A stretch of 64,000 nucleotides of DNA from Candidatus Magasanikiibacteriota bacterium (GTDB taxonomy: Bacteria > Patescibacteriota > Patescibacteriia > Magasanikbacterales > GWA2-37-8): contig JAPLWQ010000002.1 in assembly GCA_026396515.1 (NCBI GenBank), forward strand, positions 125,575 through 189,574, written 5' to 3'. Under the pieces are notes generated by a model. That model saw nothing but the letters and a program-made list of their open reading frames with translations. It did no database searches and was not told the origin of the DNA. Position numbers and translations under genes: made by a program. Positions 31,279-40,648 of this stretch are shown here, in pieces (positions within the stretch are counted from its first letter, which is position 1; each line of letters opens with the position of its first letter).

Positions 31279-31558
31279 GCTATCCTCCTTGTGCCCGCGT
31301 GAATCGCGAGCGGTTGTTATGAGAGCTTCAACGCTCAATAAAAGGTTGGTGTTAATTTGTAATTCTTTAGACAGATCAATCAGATACTATCTCTACACTG
31401 CAACCCTTTATTTAGCGCTAAAACTCGATGTAAGGAACAAAAAACCTCTGTTTGAGAGAGGCTAAAATCGTTCGCTTTACCTTATTTCCCTCTCTCAGGA
31501 AATTAGGCATATTTTCAGCATAACGGATTAGTATAGCATATTTTTACCCTTTTGTCAA
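31279..31558 (-). promoter_or_regulatory. Sigma70 promoter plus attenuator-like leader
   Basis: TTGACA (31553-31558)-17-TATACT (31530-31535) with extended TG; uORF MLKICLIS (31495-31521); terminator 31436-31463; alternative pairing TGAGAGAGG/CCTCTCTCA. Confidence 0.55.
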
Positions 31559-31698
31559 GACCCTGCCTAACAAAACGCTTTTTTACCTAAAATAAGCCAA
31601 AAGACGACACGACTTGCAAAAACTACGGTTTTATTGTATAATAAAGGCCGATTTTACAATCAATCAAGATTTAGGTATTTGAAATTAGATATATCCAT

Positions 31699-31911
31699 AT
31701 GGGTTTACCAGGCCATCGAAGAACATCATCGCACAAACGACGCCGCGCAGCGCATTTTGCTTTATCAGAGAAAACATATAACCTCTGTCCGAAATGTCAG
31801 AAACCGGTCAGACCGCACCGCGCCTGCGGATTTTGCGGAACCTACCGCGGATCACAGGTAATAAGCGTAAAACGCCAAACCGCCCGCGCCGCCAAAAAAG
31901 CGAAAAAATAA
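31699..31911 (+). CDS. rpmF: 50S ribosomal protein L32
   Basis: RRTSSHKRRR..H; CPKC..PHRACGFCGTYRG. Confidence 0.93.
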   Translation: MGLPGHRRTSSHKRRRAAHFALSEKTYNLCPKCQKPVRPHRACGFCGTYRGSQVISVKRQTARAAKKAKK

Positions 31912-31964
31912 ATTTGGTTGAGGGGGCGAACAAATAATATTTTTGTCTTTTCACATTAAAAAAT

Positions 31965-32432
31965 ATGTCCAACCGCCATCTGGCGCGCAGTATCGCCATG
32001 CAAACAATGTTTGAATGGGATTTTCGAGGACAAGATAATGAGCGCCTGCCGGCTATTCTTGAACACAGCCTGGCTGAATTCGGCGAAGGACTGACAGAAA
32101 AAGAATTTACTGTGAATTTAATTAACGGTGTTATTGCAAATCTGAAAAAAATTGATAAGATTATTACTGAATACGCACCTGACTGGCCGATTGAACAGAT
32201 TACCGTAGTGGACCGAAATATTTTGCGCTTAGGCATATACGAATTGGCTTTTGCCAAAGAAGTACCGCCAAAAGTGGCAATTAATGAGGCGATAGAATTA
32301 GCCAAAGGATTTGGCGGACCTTCATCGGGAAAATTCGTCAACGGGGTGCTTGGCGCGATATTCAAAAATATGGCGCCGGAGGAGACAAAAAGCGAAAGTG
32401 GAAAAGCGGAAGATAATAAAACAAATGAATAA
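31965..32432 (+). CDS. nusB: Transcription antitermination factor NusB
   Basis: [36 protein letters not shown]. Confidence 0.95.
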   Translation: MSNRHLARSIAMQTMFEWDFRGQDNERLPAILEHSLAEFGEGLTEKEFTVNLINGVIANLKKIDKIITEYAPDWPIEQITVVDRNILRLGIYELAFAKEVPPKVAINEAIELAKGFGGPSSGKFVNGVLGAIFKNMAPEETKSESGKAEDNKTNE

Positions 32433-32523
32433 TTATCGGGCGGCATAAGCCGCCCCGTGAAACAGGGTATCCAAGAGTGTAAAAACGATTGAATACTCGC
32501 TTTCACGGTAATCATCAATTCAT

Positions 32524-33288
32524 ATGATTATTGAAAGACCTGAAGTCATTGCCAAGGACTTTACCGCAATGGAAAAAAAACTCGGCGTGACGTTCAACAA
32601 TCCTGACATTTTGGTACAGGCGTTTGTTCATCGCTCCTATTTAAACGAGCATCGCGATTTTCCATTGCCTCATAACGAGCGTCTGGAATTTTTGGGGGAT
32701 GCTGTGGTAGAGTTGGTTGTAACTGAGTATCTATTTAATGAATTCGGAAATCCGGAGGGCGAACTCACAAACTGGCGCGCGGCTCTCGTTAATGCTAAAA
32801 CACTTGCCAGCATTGCTTATGAAATCGGCATGGAGCCATATCTTTTTTTAAGCCACGGCGAATCAAAAGACGCCGGCACAAAAGCCCGCGATTACATCAT
32901 GGCCAATACCATGGAATCAGTTACCGGAGCGATATACGTTGATCAGGGTTATGAGGCGACAAAAGGATTTATTTCACGCTCTGTAATTCCAAAACTACCG
33001 TACATTCTGGAAAACGGATTATATATGGATGCCAAAAGCCGATTCCAGGAGTCCGCACAGGAGTTAGCCGGAGTGACCCCTTCATATAAAGTGCTCGGTG
33101 AGGTAGGACCTGACCACGCAAAAAGTTTTAAGGTTGGGGTGTATATTGGAAAAGAATTGGTGGCATCGGGTGAAGGAATGAGCAAGCAGGAAGCGCAAAC
33201 CGAAGCGGCAGAAATGGGTTTGAAAGTTAAAGGATGGAAAGGGCCGAAAACAAATGTGATAAAGAGAAGTCCGGGAGACGCGTTATAA
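32524..33288 (+). CDS. rnc: Ribonuclease III
   Basis: NERLEFLGDAV signature and C-terminal dsRBD. Confidence 0.96.
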   Translation: MIIERPEVIAKDFTAMEKKLGVTFNNPDILVQAFVHRSYLNEHRDFPLPHNERLEFLGDAVVELVVTEYLFNEFGNPEGELTNWRAALVNAKTLASIAYEIGMEPYLFLSHGESKDAGTKARDYIMANTMESVTGAIYVDQGYEATKGFISRSVIPKLPYILENGLYMDAKSRFQESAQELAGVTPSYKVLGEVGPDHAKSFKVGVYIGKELVASGEGMSKQEAQTEAAEMGLKVKGWKGPKTNVIKRSPGDAL

Positions 33289-33304
33289 AAAAATCGCTCA
33301 TCAG

Positions 33305-33377
33305 GGGTCGCTAGCTCAGCTGGTAGAGCAGGTCCCTCTTAAGGACAAGGTCCAGGGTCCGAATCCCTGGCGACCCA
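33305..33377 (+). tRNA. tRNA-Lys(CTT)
   Basis: GGGTCGC...GCGACCC-A; anticodon loop CTCTTAA; atypical T-loop TCCGAAT. Confidence 0.88.
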
Positions 33378-33378
33378 C

Positions 33379-33416
33379 AAATTAAAAATATCGCACAAGT
33401 GCGATATTTTTAATTT
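33379..33416. terminator. Bidirectional terminator/palindrome between convergent tRNAs
   Basis: AAATTAAAAATATCGCAC-AA-GTGCGATATTTTTAATTT. Confidence 0.7.
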
Positions 33417-33443
33417 ACTGGGGTGAAGCCTTCATCTATTTTG

Positions 33444-33515
33444 TGCCCCCAGAGAGAATCGAACTCCCACCTTCAGGTTCGAAGCCTGATATTCTATCCA
33501 TTAAACTATAGGGGC
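33444..33515 (-). tRNA. tRNA-Arg(TCG)
   Basis: GCCCCTA...TGGGGGC-A; anticodon arm TCAGG-CTTCGAA-CCTGA. Confidence 0.93.
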
Positions 33516-33638
33516 GCAGCACAAAACAGTATAGCACAAAACAGCCAAGGAATCAAGATTAGAGGCCGATAATTGACAAAACGCTCCGTTTGTGGTTAGA
33601 TTCCTTTGCTCATTACACAAAAAACCAAGGAGGAAAAA

Positions 33639-34235
33639 ATGAAATTCGACACAGCCACGTTTGGTATGGTGGCAGGTGTCGTATCACTTGTCGCCTTTAT
33701 CCCTTACATCATTTCCATCATACGCGGTAAAACCAAGCCAAACCGCGCATCCTGGTGGATATGGACAATAGTGGGCTTCATGCTCGCGTCGAGTTATAGC
33801 GCGTCCGGCGCCAAAGACACTATGTGGGTAGCATTAAGCTACCTCATCGGCCCGCTTCTAACAGCGCTTCTCGCCATCAAATACGGTGAGGGCGGTTGGA
33901 CGCGGTTTGACCGCGCCTGCATTGCCTGCGCCGCTATGAGCGCCATTCTCTGGTTCGTCTTTGATTCGCCGCTACTGGCTCTGCTCATCAATTTGATAAT
34001 AGACGGAGCTGGAGCTCTGCCGACAATCAAAAAGACATACACAGAACCGGAAAATGAAGACCGGCTTTCCTGGGCGCTCTTTTTTGCGGGAAACACACTG
34101 AATCTATTTGCGGTTAATCCATGGACTTTTGCCATAGCCATATACCCGCTCTATTTGTTCATCGGCTGCGGCATTATTACTGCGCAAGTATTCTTTCGCC
34201 GTCGCGGACAAAAATCCGCGCCTCCCGATGAATGA
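33639..34235 (+). CDS. Polytopic membrane protein (PQ-loop/SemiSWEET-like repeat)
   Basis: SD AAGGAGG before ATG 33639; FIPYI...KTKP..SW.IW and ALPT..K....P..E...W repeats. Confidence 0.65.
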   Translation: MKFDTATFGMVAGVVSLVAFIPYIISIIRGKTKPNRASWWIWTIVGFMLASSYSASGAKDTMWVALSYLIGPLLTALLAIKYGEGGWTRFDRACIACAAMSAILWFVFDSPLLALLINLIIDGAGALPTIKKTYTEPENEDRLSWALFFAGNTLNLFAVNPWTFAIAIYPLYLFIGCGIITAQVFFRRRGQKSAPPDE

Positions 34236-34323
34236 TTTTCACTGTTTTTTCTCGCCCGGCACTTTATCGGGCAAAAAAAGGCCTCCCCTACCCGGGAGGC
34301 CTTAATATTTATATAGGACTATT

Positions 34324-35166
34324 TTATACCGTCAATCCGTCAACTTTAATTTTTCCACCGGATAAATTTTCATTATCAGATAGTACGCTTAAAATTTCAT
34401 TTTTTAATTTATAAAGTTCTTCGCCACTTTTAGCCAGAGCAATAATTATAAATGGAAGGTCAGACGAAAATAATTCTCCAAATCCGTGATGTCCAAAAGC
34501 GATATTCACTGCCACCTTCAATTCTTCTGCCGTATATTCGGAAGGTAGGTAAGCGCGCTCAATCACAAACCCCATTGGCAAACCGATTTCCTTGTTCGGA
34601 TTAAATCCGCCGACTCCATCAAAATAAACAACCCGCGCGTTGTGAAATTCCGTTGGCCGCTCCATGTCTTCCGCCATAATATGAGTACGCTCCGCCGGAT
34701 GACCGAGTTCCTTGATTTTATCCGCCAACTTGTCCGACCACGCTTTCGCATATGCTTCAATTTTTTCCGCCAAATTTTCCTTAGCGCCCACATCCGGAAA
34801 ATCACGGTGATAAGCCAACCCGGCCGCCCCACAACCGCCATGACTGGTAATATTTGTCACTCCGCGTTCAATCAAAATATTCGCCACCTTCTTGAGACGC
34901 TCTTCCTCGCTTGAAGCCGGGAATAAAATGCCGGATCCGGCGAAGGCAAACTTAACTTCGCCATTGATATCCTTATGGGCGGTTCCTTCATCCATACAGC
35001 AAACACATTTTTGCTTTTCTGAAAAAGAATGATTCAGGTCGGGGAACTCACGCTTAAAATATTCAGCCGCTCCCAAGGTCGTCAACTCTTTGATATCCGC
35101 ATTTTCAATCTCAAACGACAATTTTTTGCTTTTATTATCATGCAATTCAATATTCTCATTAGTCAT
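34324..35166 (-). CDS. Carbonic-anhydrase-like (Cys2His metal site) protein
   Basis: CCMDEG and SHGGCGAA match the C-x-D...H-x-x-C ligand pattern of beta/cadmium carbonic anhydrases. Confidence 0.5.
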   Translation of the reverse strand: MTNENIELHDNKSKKLSFEIENADIKELTTLGAAEYFKREFPDLNHSFSEKQKCVCCMDEGTAHKDINGEVKFAFAGSGILFPASSEEERLKKVANILIERGVTNITSHGGCGAAGLAYHRDFPDVGAKENLAEKIEAYAKAWSDKLADKIKELGHPAERTHIMAEDMERPTEFHNARVVYFDGVGGFNPNKEIGLPMGFVIERAYLPSEYTAEELKVAVNIAFGHHGFGELFSSDLPFIIIALAKSGEELYKLKNEILSVLSDNENLSGGKIKVDGLTV

Positions 35167-35450
35167 AGATTTTTATTATCAATAATATGTGTCTCTATTT
35201 AATCAAAATTCGGCACATTCGTCAACTCCGAACATTTTTTGCAACCTTTACTTCTACCTGTGCATAACTTTGCTTGACACTCTTCCATTTTTTAAAAAAC
35301 CGTTCTATAATAAATATAGGTCGATGAAGTTTGTGCTACATGCTTGTAGGCAGAAACTTTATAAAAAAGAAATTTTTTCTCGCGATCGCGAGTAAGAAAA
35401 AATCATCTTTAGGCCGCGCTCCTAAGCGTGGTTGAAAGGAGGTAACTACT

Positions 35451-35528
35451 ATGGCAAAGAAAAAAGCTAAGAAGAAAGTGACAAAGAAGAAAGCCAAGAA
35501 AACGAAAAAAGCGAAAAAGCGTAAATAG
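35451..35528 (+). CDS. 25-aa Lys-rich micropeptide (MAKKKAKKKVTKKKAKKTKKAKKRK)
   Basis: Perfect SD GAAAGGAGGT, ATG 35451, TAG 35526-35528, terminator AAATCACC..GGTGATTT downstream. Confidence 0.75.
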   Translation: MAKKKAKKKVTKKKAKKTKKAKKRK

Positions 35529-35579
35529 TCTTGGAAAATAAATCACCTCGTATTTTGCGGGGTGATTTTTTGTTTATTT

Positions 35580-36854
35580 TCATTCCAGCCATAGCCGGCT
35601 TTGAGATATGGCTTTTTTTGCATTGTTTAGCAATAAATCGACAGTTCCGAATATGCCATCATACCCCGGAACTACCCTTATCTTCCCCTGGCGCATATTC
35701 GAAATTGCTAAAGCAATATTTTCGTCTGTCGCACTTTTTTTAAGCTCCTCGACTGGTGCCCGCAATAAAATATTAAACTCATTATCAAATGCTTTAATTA
35801 AATTTTCATATTCAACGTTAACCTTTTTGCTTTTATCGCCAACATGAAATACGGAAGCTATTATTTCTTTTAACGGTACGATGTACTTATGAGGAATAAA
35901 TTTATTTTTCGGTATTTCTTTTTCTTTTCTGTCAGACAGCTCAACCACTCGGCTCAGCACGCCAACAGTTATTTTCTTTTTACACTTCGGACATAAATAA
36001 TTTTCTTTCTTTGTTTGTTCCGGGTCGAGTGACACCTTGCAATCAGCATGCCCGTCAAAATGATATTTGCCTTCTTCCGGAAAAAATTCTATTGTGTATT
36101 TAAATTTTCTTTTATCTCCTTCTTTTATTATGCGGCATATCTCACTGAATGTAATTTCATTTTTATCGGCAAACTCCAATACATTCGCTTCACGGCCAAG
36201 CTTGTCTAAACTATGGGCATCGGAATTGGATACAAGAGTATAATTATCAAGTGCGCTCCACATGTGATTCATAATCGGATCACTTGAAAGGCCCGTCTCC
36301 AGCGCGTGAATATGCGAAGACAGTTCCTCAAAACAATCATCCAATTTATTATAGCCGGATTTTGATCCAAAGATTGAAAACCAAGGCGTCCAGGCGTGCG
36401 CCGGGATAAGCATAAACCGTTCATCTATGTCTAAAAGCATCTGTAAAATCGCCTTGCCGGATAATCCCAGTATCGGCCGTCCGTCAGAGCGCACATTAGC
36501 GCCCTTGGCCTCAAGTGCTTCGATAAATCTGCCTACGGCCTCGACACTTGGGGCTAAAACGACCAAATGAAGGCGTCTAGTGGCATCTTTATGCTTGTAT
36601 ATACAGGAAATCTCAGTAGACAGGATAAAACGGACCTTCGAGCTTGCATCCTTAAGTTTAAAAAGTCCCGAATTATCCTCAACAAGTAGTTCTTTGATGT
36701 GATTAAACCACGCCGGATGTGTAAAATCACCGGTTGCGCAGATATCAATCCCTTTTTTTTCGCAAGCCAAAGCAATTTTTGGCAATTCCAAGTCAGGCGA
36801 GCATGCTCGCGAATATTTAGAGTGAATATGCAAATCAATTATTTGTTCTATCAT
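35580..36854 (-). CDS. Endonuclease Q-like PHP-family protein (TIGR00375-type)
   Basis: DLHIHSKYS, GDFTHP, AHAWTPW, SNSDAHS, GKYH, CPKC, VVPGYDG. Confidence 0.85.
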   Translation of the reverse strand: MIEQIIDLHIHSKYSRACSPDLELPKIALACEKKGIDICATGDFTHPAWFNHIKELLVEDNSGLFKLKDASSKVRFILSTEISCIYKHKDATRRLHLVVLAPSVEAVGRFIEALEAKGANVRSDGRPILGLSGKAILQMLLDIDERFMLIPAHAWTPWFSIFGSKSGYNKLDDCFEELSSHIHALETGLSSDPIMNHMWSALDNYTLVSNSDAHSLDKLGREANVLEFADKNEITFSEICRIIKEGDKRKFKYTIEFFPEEGKYHFDGHADCKVSLDPEQTKKENYLCPKCKKKITVGVLSRVVELSDRKEKEIPKNKFIPHKYIVPLKEIIASVFHVGDKSKKVNVEYENLIKAFDNEFNILLRAPVEELKKSATDENIALAISNMRQGKIRVVPGYDGIFGTVDLLLNNAKKAISQSRLWLE

Positions 36855-36934
36855 GTTGTTTGACCTGTGAGAGCCATGGCTCTATAATTACCCATGAATA
36901 ATAGTATAGCGCGATAAATATAACAATAGCCATT

Positions 36935-37276
36935 ATGCGCTGGGTGCTCCGCTCGAAAATTCACAAAGTTACGGTGACACAAGCCGACATCAACTATGTC
37001 GGCAGTATTACTATTGATGAAGATTTAATGCAAAAAACCGGGCTTTGGCCCGGGGAGAAAGTTTTGGTGGCAAGCAATACTACTGGCGCTCGCTTAGAGA
37101 CCTATGTTATAACCGGCGCAAGGAATTCAGGAATAATTTGTATGAATGGCGCAACAGCTCATCTGATAAAAGTCGGAGAAGAAATTATTATAATGGGTTT
37201 CGAACTTTCAGATAAACCGATTACCCCAAAAATAATTTTGGTTGATAAAGAGAATAAATTCGTTGAATTTTTATGA
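36935..37276 (+). CDS. panD: Aspartate 1-decarboxylase
   Basis: SKIH, YVG-SITID cleavage site, RLETY, NGA. Confidence 0.92.
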   Translation: MRWVLRSKIHKVTVTQADINYVGSITIDEDLMQKTGLWPGEKVLVASNTTGARLETYVITGARNSGIICMNGATAHLIKVGEEIIIMGFELSDKPITPKIILVDKENKFVEFL

Positions 37277-38142
37277 AGAAAATAACAGCCGCGGACAATA
37301 TCTGCATCGTTGACGATGGTTATTTTGAAAAAACCGTTTCTTCTATAATTTCCGCCGGCAAGGAAAAGCTTCATGTCTTGGCTGACTTTGACAGAACCCT
37401 GACTCGCGCTTTTGTTGACGGTAATAAAATTCCATCGCTAATTTCACTGCTCCGAAGCAACAATTGTTTGGGGGCTGATTATTCTACTCGCTCCTATGCC
37501 CACTATGATAAATACTCCGGTTATGAAAACAATAGTAATCTTACGAGGGAACAAAGAGCGGAAAAGATGCAGGAGTGGTGGGACGCGGCCCACGGACTGA
37601 TGATTGAATGCGGACTGACAAAAAATGTGATGGATGAGGTGATGGCCAAACGACAAATGAAGCTCCGCGTTGGGGCCAAACAATTCATTGACCGCTTGGC
37701 TGAAAATTTGATTCCACTTGTTATTCTGTCAGCCGGTCCGGCGTACATGATTCAAAAATTTTTTGAATTGGAGGGCTGCATGAGCAAAAACATTGATATT
37801 ATAGCCAATTGGTATGAATATGATGAAAAGGGCCGAATGATTGGCACGAAAGAACCATTGATACATACCTCAAATAAATACGAAATCACGGTGGATAATT
37901 TTCCTGCCTACGAAGCCATAAAAAAACGAAAAAACGTATTGCTTCTTGGCGATACGATTGACGACGTGGGGATGATAGAAGGTTTCGATTACGACAATTT
38001 GCTGAAAATCGGCTTTTTGTGTGAGGATGTTGAAAACCAACTACCCAAATACAAACAATATTTTGATATGATTATTCTGAATGACGGACCAATAGATCCT
38101 CTAAACCAGTTATTGGATAATATAACTAAAAAAGCGCCTTAA
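37273..38142 (+). CDS. Pyrimidine 5'-nucleotidase (UMPH-1/cN-III-like HAD)
   Basis: DFDRTLT, MQEWW, SAG, IH..NK, LLLGD..DD..M, LKIGFL. Confidence 0.8.
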   Translation: MKKITAADNICIVDDGYFEKTVSSIISAGKEKLHVLADFDRTLTRAFVDGNKIPSLISLLRSNNCLGADYSTRSYAHYDKYSGYENNSNLTREQRAEKMQEWWDAAHGLMIECGLTKNVMDEVMAKRQMKLRVGAKQFIDRLAENLIPLVILSAGPAYMIQKFFELEGCMSKNIDIIANWYEYDEKGRMIGTKEPLIHTSNKYEITVDNFPAYEAIKKRKNVLLLGDTIDDVGMIEGFDYDNLLKIGFLCEDVENQLPKYKQYFDMIILNDGPIDPLNQLLDNITKKAP

Positions 38143-38783
38143 AAAGGCGCTTTTGTTGATACAACTTTTTCCTCTCCACCAGTAGCTGCTTTGAACATTA
38201 TCGAAATTGCACACAAGGCAATTGATTGATCCGGCAGTGGCGCTTTGGCGCCATATTTTATATCCCCGACAATCGGATGGCCAATATGCGCAAGCTGGGC
38301 TCGGATTTGATGATGACGCCCTGTTTTTAAATCGATTTTTAGTAAAGAATTTTTGCCTCGGTTTTCTATGACTTCGTAGGAAAGTTCCGCCAGCTGAGCG
38401 CCTTCTTGTTTCGCGTCGTATATCTTGGCCTTATTGGTTTTTTCGTCGTGCAGTAGATAATTTATTTGCGTGTCTTTTTTGTTTTTCGGCACTCCTTCCA
38501 CCAGCGCCTGATATTCTTTTTTGAAATCGTGATTTCTTATCTGTTCTGACAGTCGTGAAGCGCCTTTGCTTGTTTTCGCGAACAATACGATTCCCGAGAC
38601 CGGTCTATCCAATCGGTGTATGAGCCCCAAAAACACATTGCCTGTCTTTGCATATTTTTCTTTCAAATATTTTTTTACTTCATCCATCAGACACAAATCA
38701 CCGGTTTTATCCCCTTGTACTAAAACGCCAGCCGGCTTGAATACAGCAATAAGATGATTGTCTTCGTAGAGGACTTTAAGCGG
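38139..38783 (-). CDS. RluA-family pseudouridine synthase
   Basis: KPAG, HRLDRPVSG, TGRHHQIR, GHPIVGD.KYG. Confidence 0.92.
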   Translation of the reverse strand, partial: PLKVLYEDNHLIAVFKPAGVLVQGDKTGDLCLMDEVKKYLKEKYAKTGNVFLGLIHRLDRPVSGIVLFAKTSKGASRLSEQIRNHDFKKEYQALVEGVPKNKKDTQINYLLHDEKTNKAKIYDAKQEGAQLAELSYEVIENRGKNSLLKIDLKTGRHHQIRAQLAHIGHPIVGDIKYGAKAPLPDQSIALCAISIMFKAATGGEEKVVSTKAPF

Positions 38784-38788
38784 CATAA

Positions 38789-39679
38789 TTATACGCGCCA
38801 ACGGGCGAAAATTCCGCAGGGCAATAAACGCTCCGTATCCCGTTCGCGGATAGTCAAAGCGCCTTTTTCAATTTCTCCGACATCGCCTATTAAATCTTTC
38901 AACGCATTTTCATAGGCAATAGCTGAGTAGCCGGACGAATAACCGTTTACCAGGAAAAATACGGGCTTATCCGACAGAAGTTGTTTGCACAAATCAAGCA
39001 GTTCCAAAAAATTTTCTTCAATTTTCCACACTTCGCCTTCAGGGCCATGCCCATATGCCGGCGGATCCAGAATTATTCCGTCATACTTATGCCCACGCTT
39101 AATTTCACGTTTTACAAATTTTACCACATCCTCAACAATCCAGCGCGTCGGCTTATCCTGTAAATTGTTCAATTCCGCATTTTCTCGAGCCCATGTTACG
39201 GCCACTTTTGAACCGTCGACATGGCACACTTTGGCGCCGGCCTTGGCGCAAGCAAGGGTCGCTCCGCCGGTATAGCCAAACAAATTCAACACTTCGAGCG
39301 GCCGTTTTGACACCTGAATTATTCCTGAAAGCCAATACCAATTGCTTGACTGTTCAGGAAACAAGCCGGTGTGTTTAAAAGAGGTCGGTTTGACCCAAAA
39401 TTTTAAGCCCTGTAAATCTACCGTCCATTTTTTTGCGACATTATCTTTCATTTTCCACTCGGTTGATTTTCCGTCGCGCAAAAATATCGCGTCTGCCTTC
39501 CCCCATTCCCTTGCCGATAATTTCTTTTTCCAAAGAGCTTGAGGGTCAGGGCGAGACAAAACATACTCGCCATATTGTTCCAATTTCTCGCCATCTCCTG
39601 AATCCAAAAGTGCGTATTGCGAATCAGGGCAAACAGCTAAAATATTTGGATTTTTCATTTTTATTCTTTCACAGAGCAT
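38789..39679 (-). CDS. SAM-dependent methyltransferase (RlmI/RlmK-related)
   Basis: HTGLFPEQ, LNLFGYTGG, ILDPP. Confidence 0.85.
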   Translation of the reverse strand: MLCERIKMKNPNILAVCPDSQYALLDSGDGEKLEQYGEYVLSRPDPQALWKKKLSAREWGKADAIFLRDGKSTEWKMKDNVAKKWTVDLQGLKFWVKPTSFKHTGLFPEQSSNWYWLSGIIQVSKRPLEVLNLFGYTGGATLACAKAGAKVCHVDGSKVAVTWARENAELNNLQDKPTRWIVEDVVKFVKREIKRGHKYDGIILDPPAYGHGPEGEVWKIEENFLELLDLCKQLLSDKPVFFLVNGYSSGYSAIAYENALKDLIGDVGEIEKGALTIRERDTERLLPCGIFARWRV

Positions 39680-39683
39680 AATT

Positions 39684-40640
39684 TTAGATTAATATTTTTT
39701 TAAGAATTTTCCCCAATTTTATGTCGCACAATCCCCCGCCGGAACGTTCTAAATCAGTACTGATAATTTTATGATTTTTTAAATATTCACGATCAAAATC
39801 AAAAATGCCCCATTTTCGTTCTCTATAGAATTTCTTTTCCACTCCTTTTGGCTTATGGCTATTATGAATTAAGCAAAAAATCTGGCGCGGTAAATATTGT
39901 TCCAACTGCCATACAAAATCGCTTAATCGTTCCGGTCCCGTTTCTCCGTCTAACCGATAGGCGTTCCCGACAACGTAAACTAATTCCGCTTTGGTTTTTT
40001 TTAGCACCTCAAACATACCACCGGGCAATAAGGTTGCGATAATACTAGTATATAGACTGCCCGGACTTAAAATTATATAATCAGCCGATTTGATTGCTTT
40101 GGCCGCTTCCGGATTAATTCTGCATTTTGGTTCAAGCCAAATTTTTTTTATTTTTGACCCGTGGTTGTATCTCGGTTCATCAATAAAAGCTTCTGTTCTG
40201 ACGATCTGGCCGTTAACCAGTTGGGCGACCAAATCGACCGGCCTTACTGTCACGGGATAAACACGGCCGACTGTTTCTACGCTTTGCGACAGCGCATCCA
40301 GCGCTTTGGTGAAACTGTCGCAATATTTGGCGATTAAAGTCAAAAATAAATTTCCCAAATTGTGTCCTTTCAATTTTCCCTGGCAACTGAAACGCGGCTG
40401 ATAAAAAATCTGGCGCAACACCGGATAATCGTATTTAGACAACGCCAGCACCGCCCGCATAATATCACCCGGAGGTAGAGTACCAAGTTCTTTTCGCAGT
40501 CGGCCGCTCGAACCGCCGGAATCGCTCATGGAGATTACGGCAGAAATATCAAAATTCTCCAAATAGTGCTTTAGAGAAACCAATGTAACGGCCGAGCCGT
40601 TCCCCCCGCCGATAACGACAACTTTGGTCTTCTTCTTCAC
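39684..40640 (-). CDS. YvcK/GlmR (CofD-like) UDP-GlcNAc-binding protein
   Basis: IGGGNG, DSGGSSGRLR, PPGD, GHNLGNL, PGSLYTSI. Confidence 0.9.
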   Translation of the reverse strand: MKKKTKVVVIGGGNGSAVTLVSLKHYLENFDISAVISMSDSGGSSGRLRKELGTLPPGDIMRAVLALSKYDYPVLRQIFYQPRFSCQGKLKGHNLGNLFLTLIAKYCDSFTKALDALSQSVETVGRVYPVTVRPVDLVAQLVNGQIVRTEAFIDEPRYNHGSKIKKIWLEPKCRINPEAAKAIKSADYIILSPGSLYTSIIATLLPGGMFEVLKKTKAELVYVVGNAYRLDGETGPERLSDFVWQLEQYLPRQIFCLIHNSHKPKGVEKKFYRERKWGIFDFDREYLKNHKIISTDLERSGGGLCDIKLGKILKKILI

Positions 40641-40648
40641 AATATAGA

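Noticed and set aside
30792-31465. Overlapping alternative ORFs around 30.8-31.4 kb
   Set aside because: GC-rich shadow frames; only 30841-31278 has an SD and a protein-like composition.
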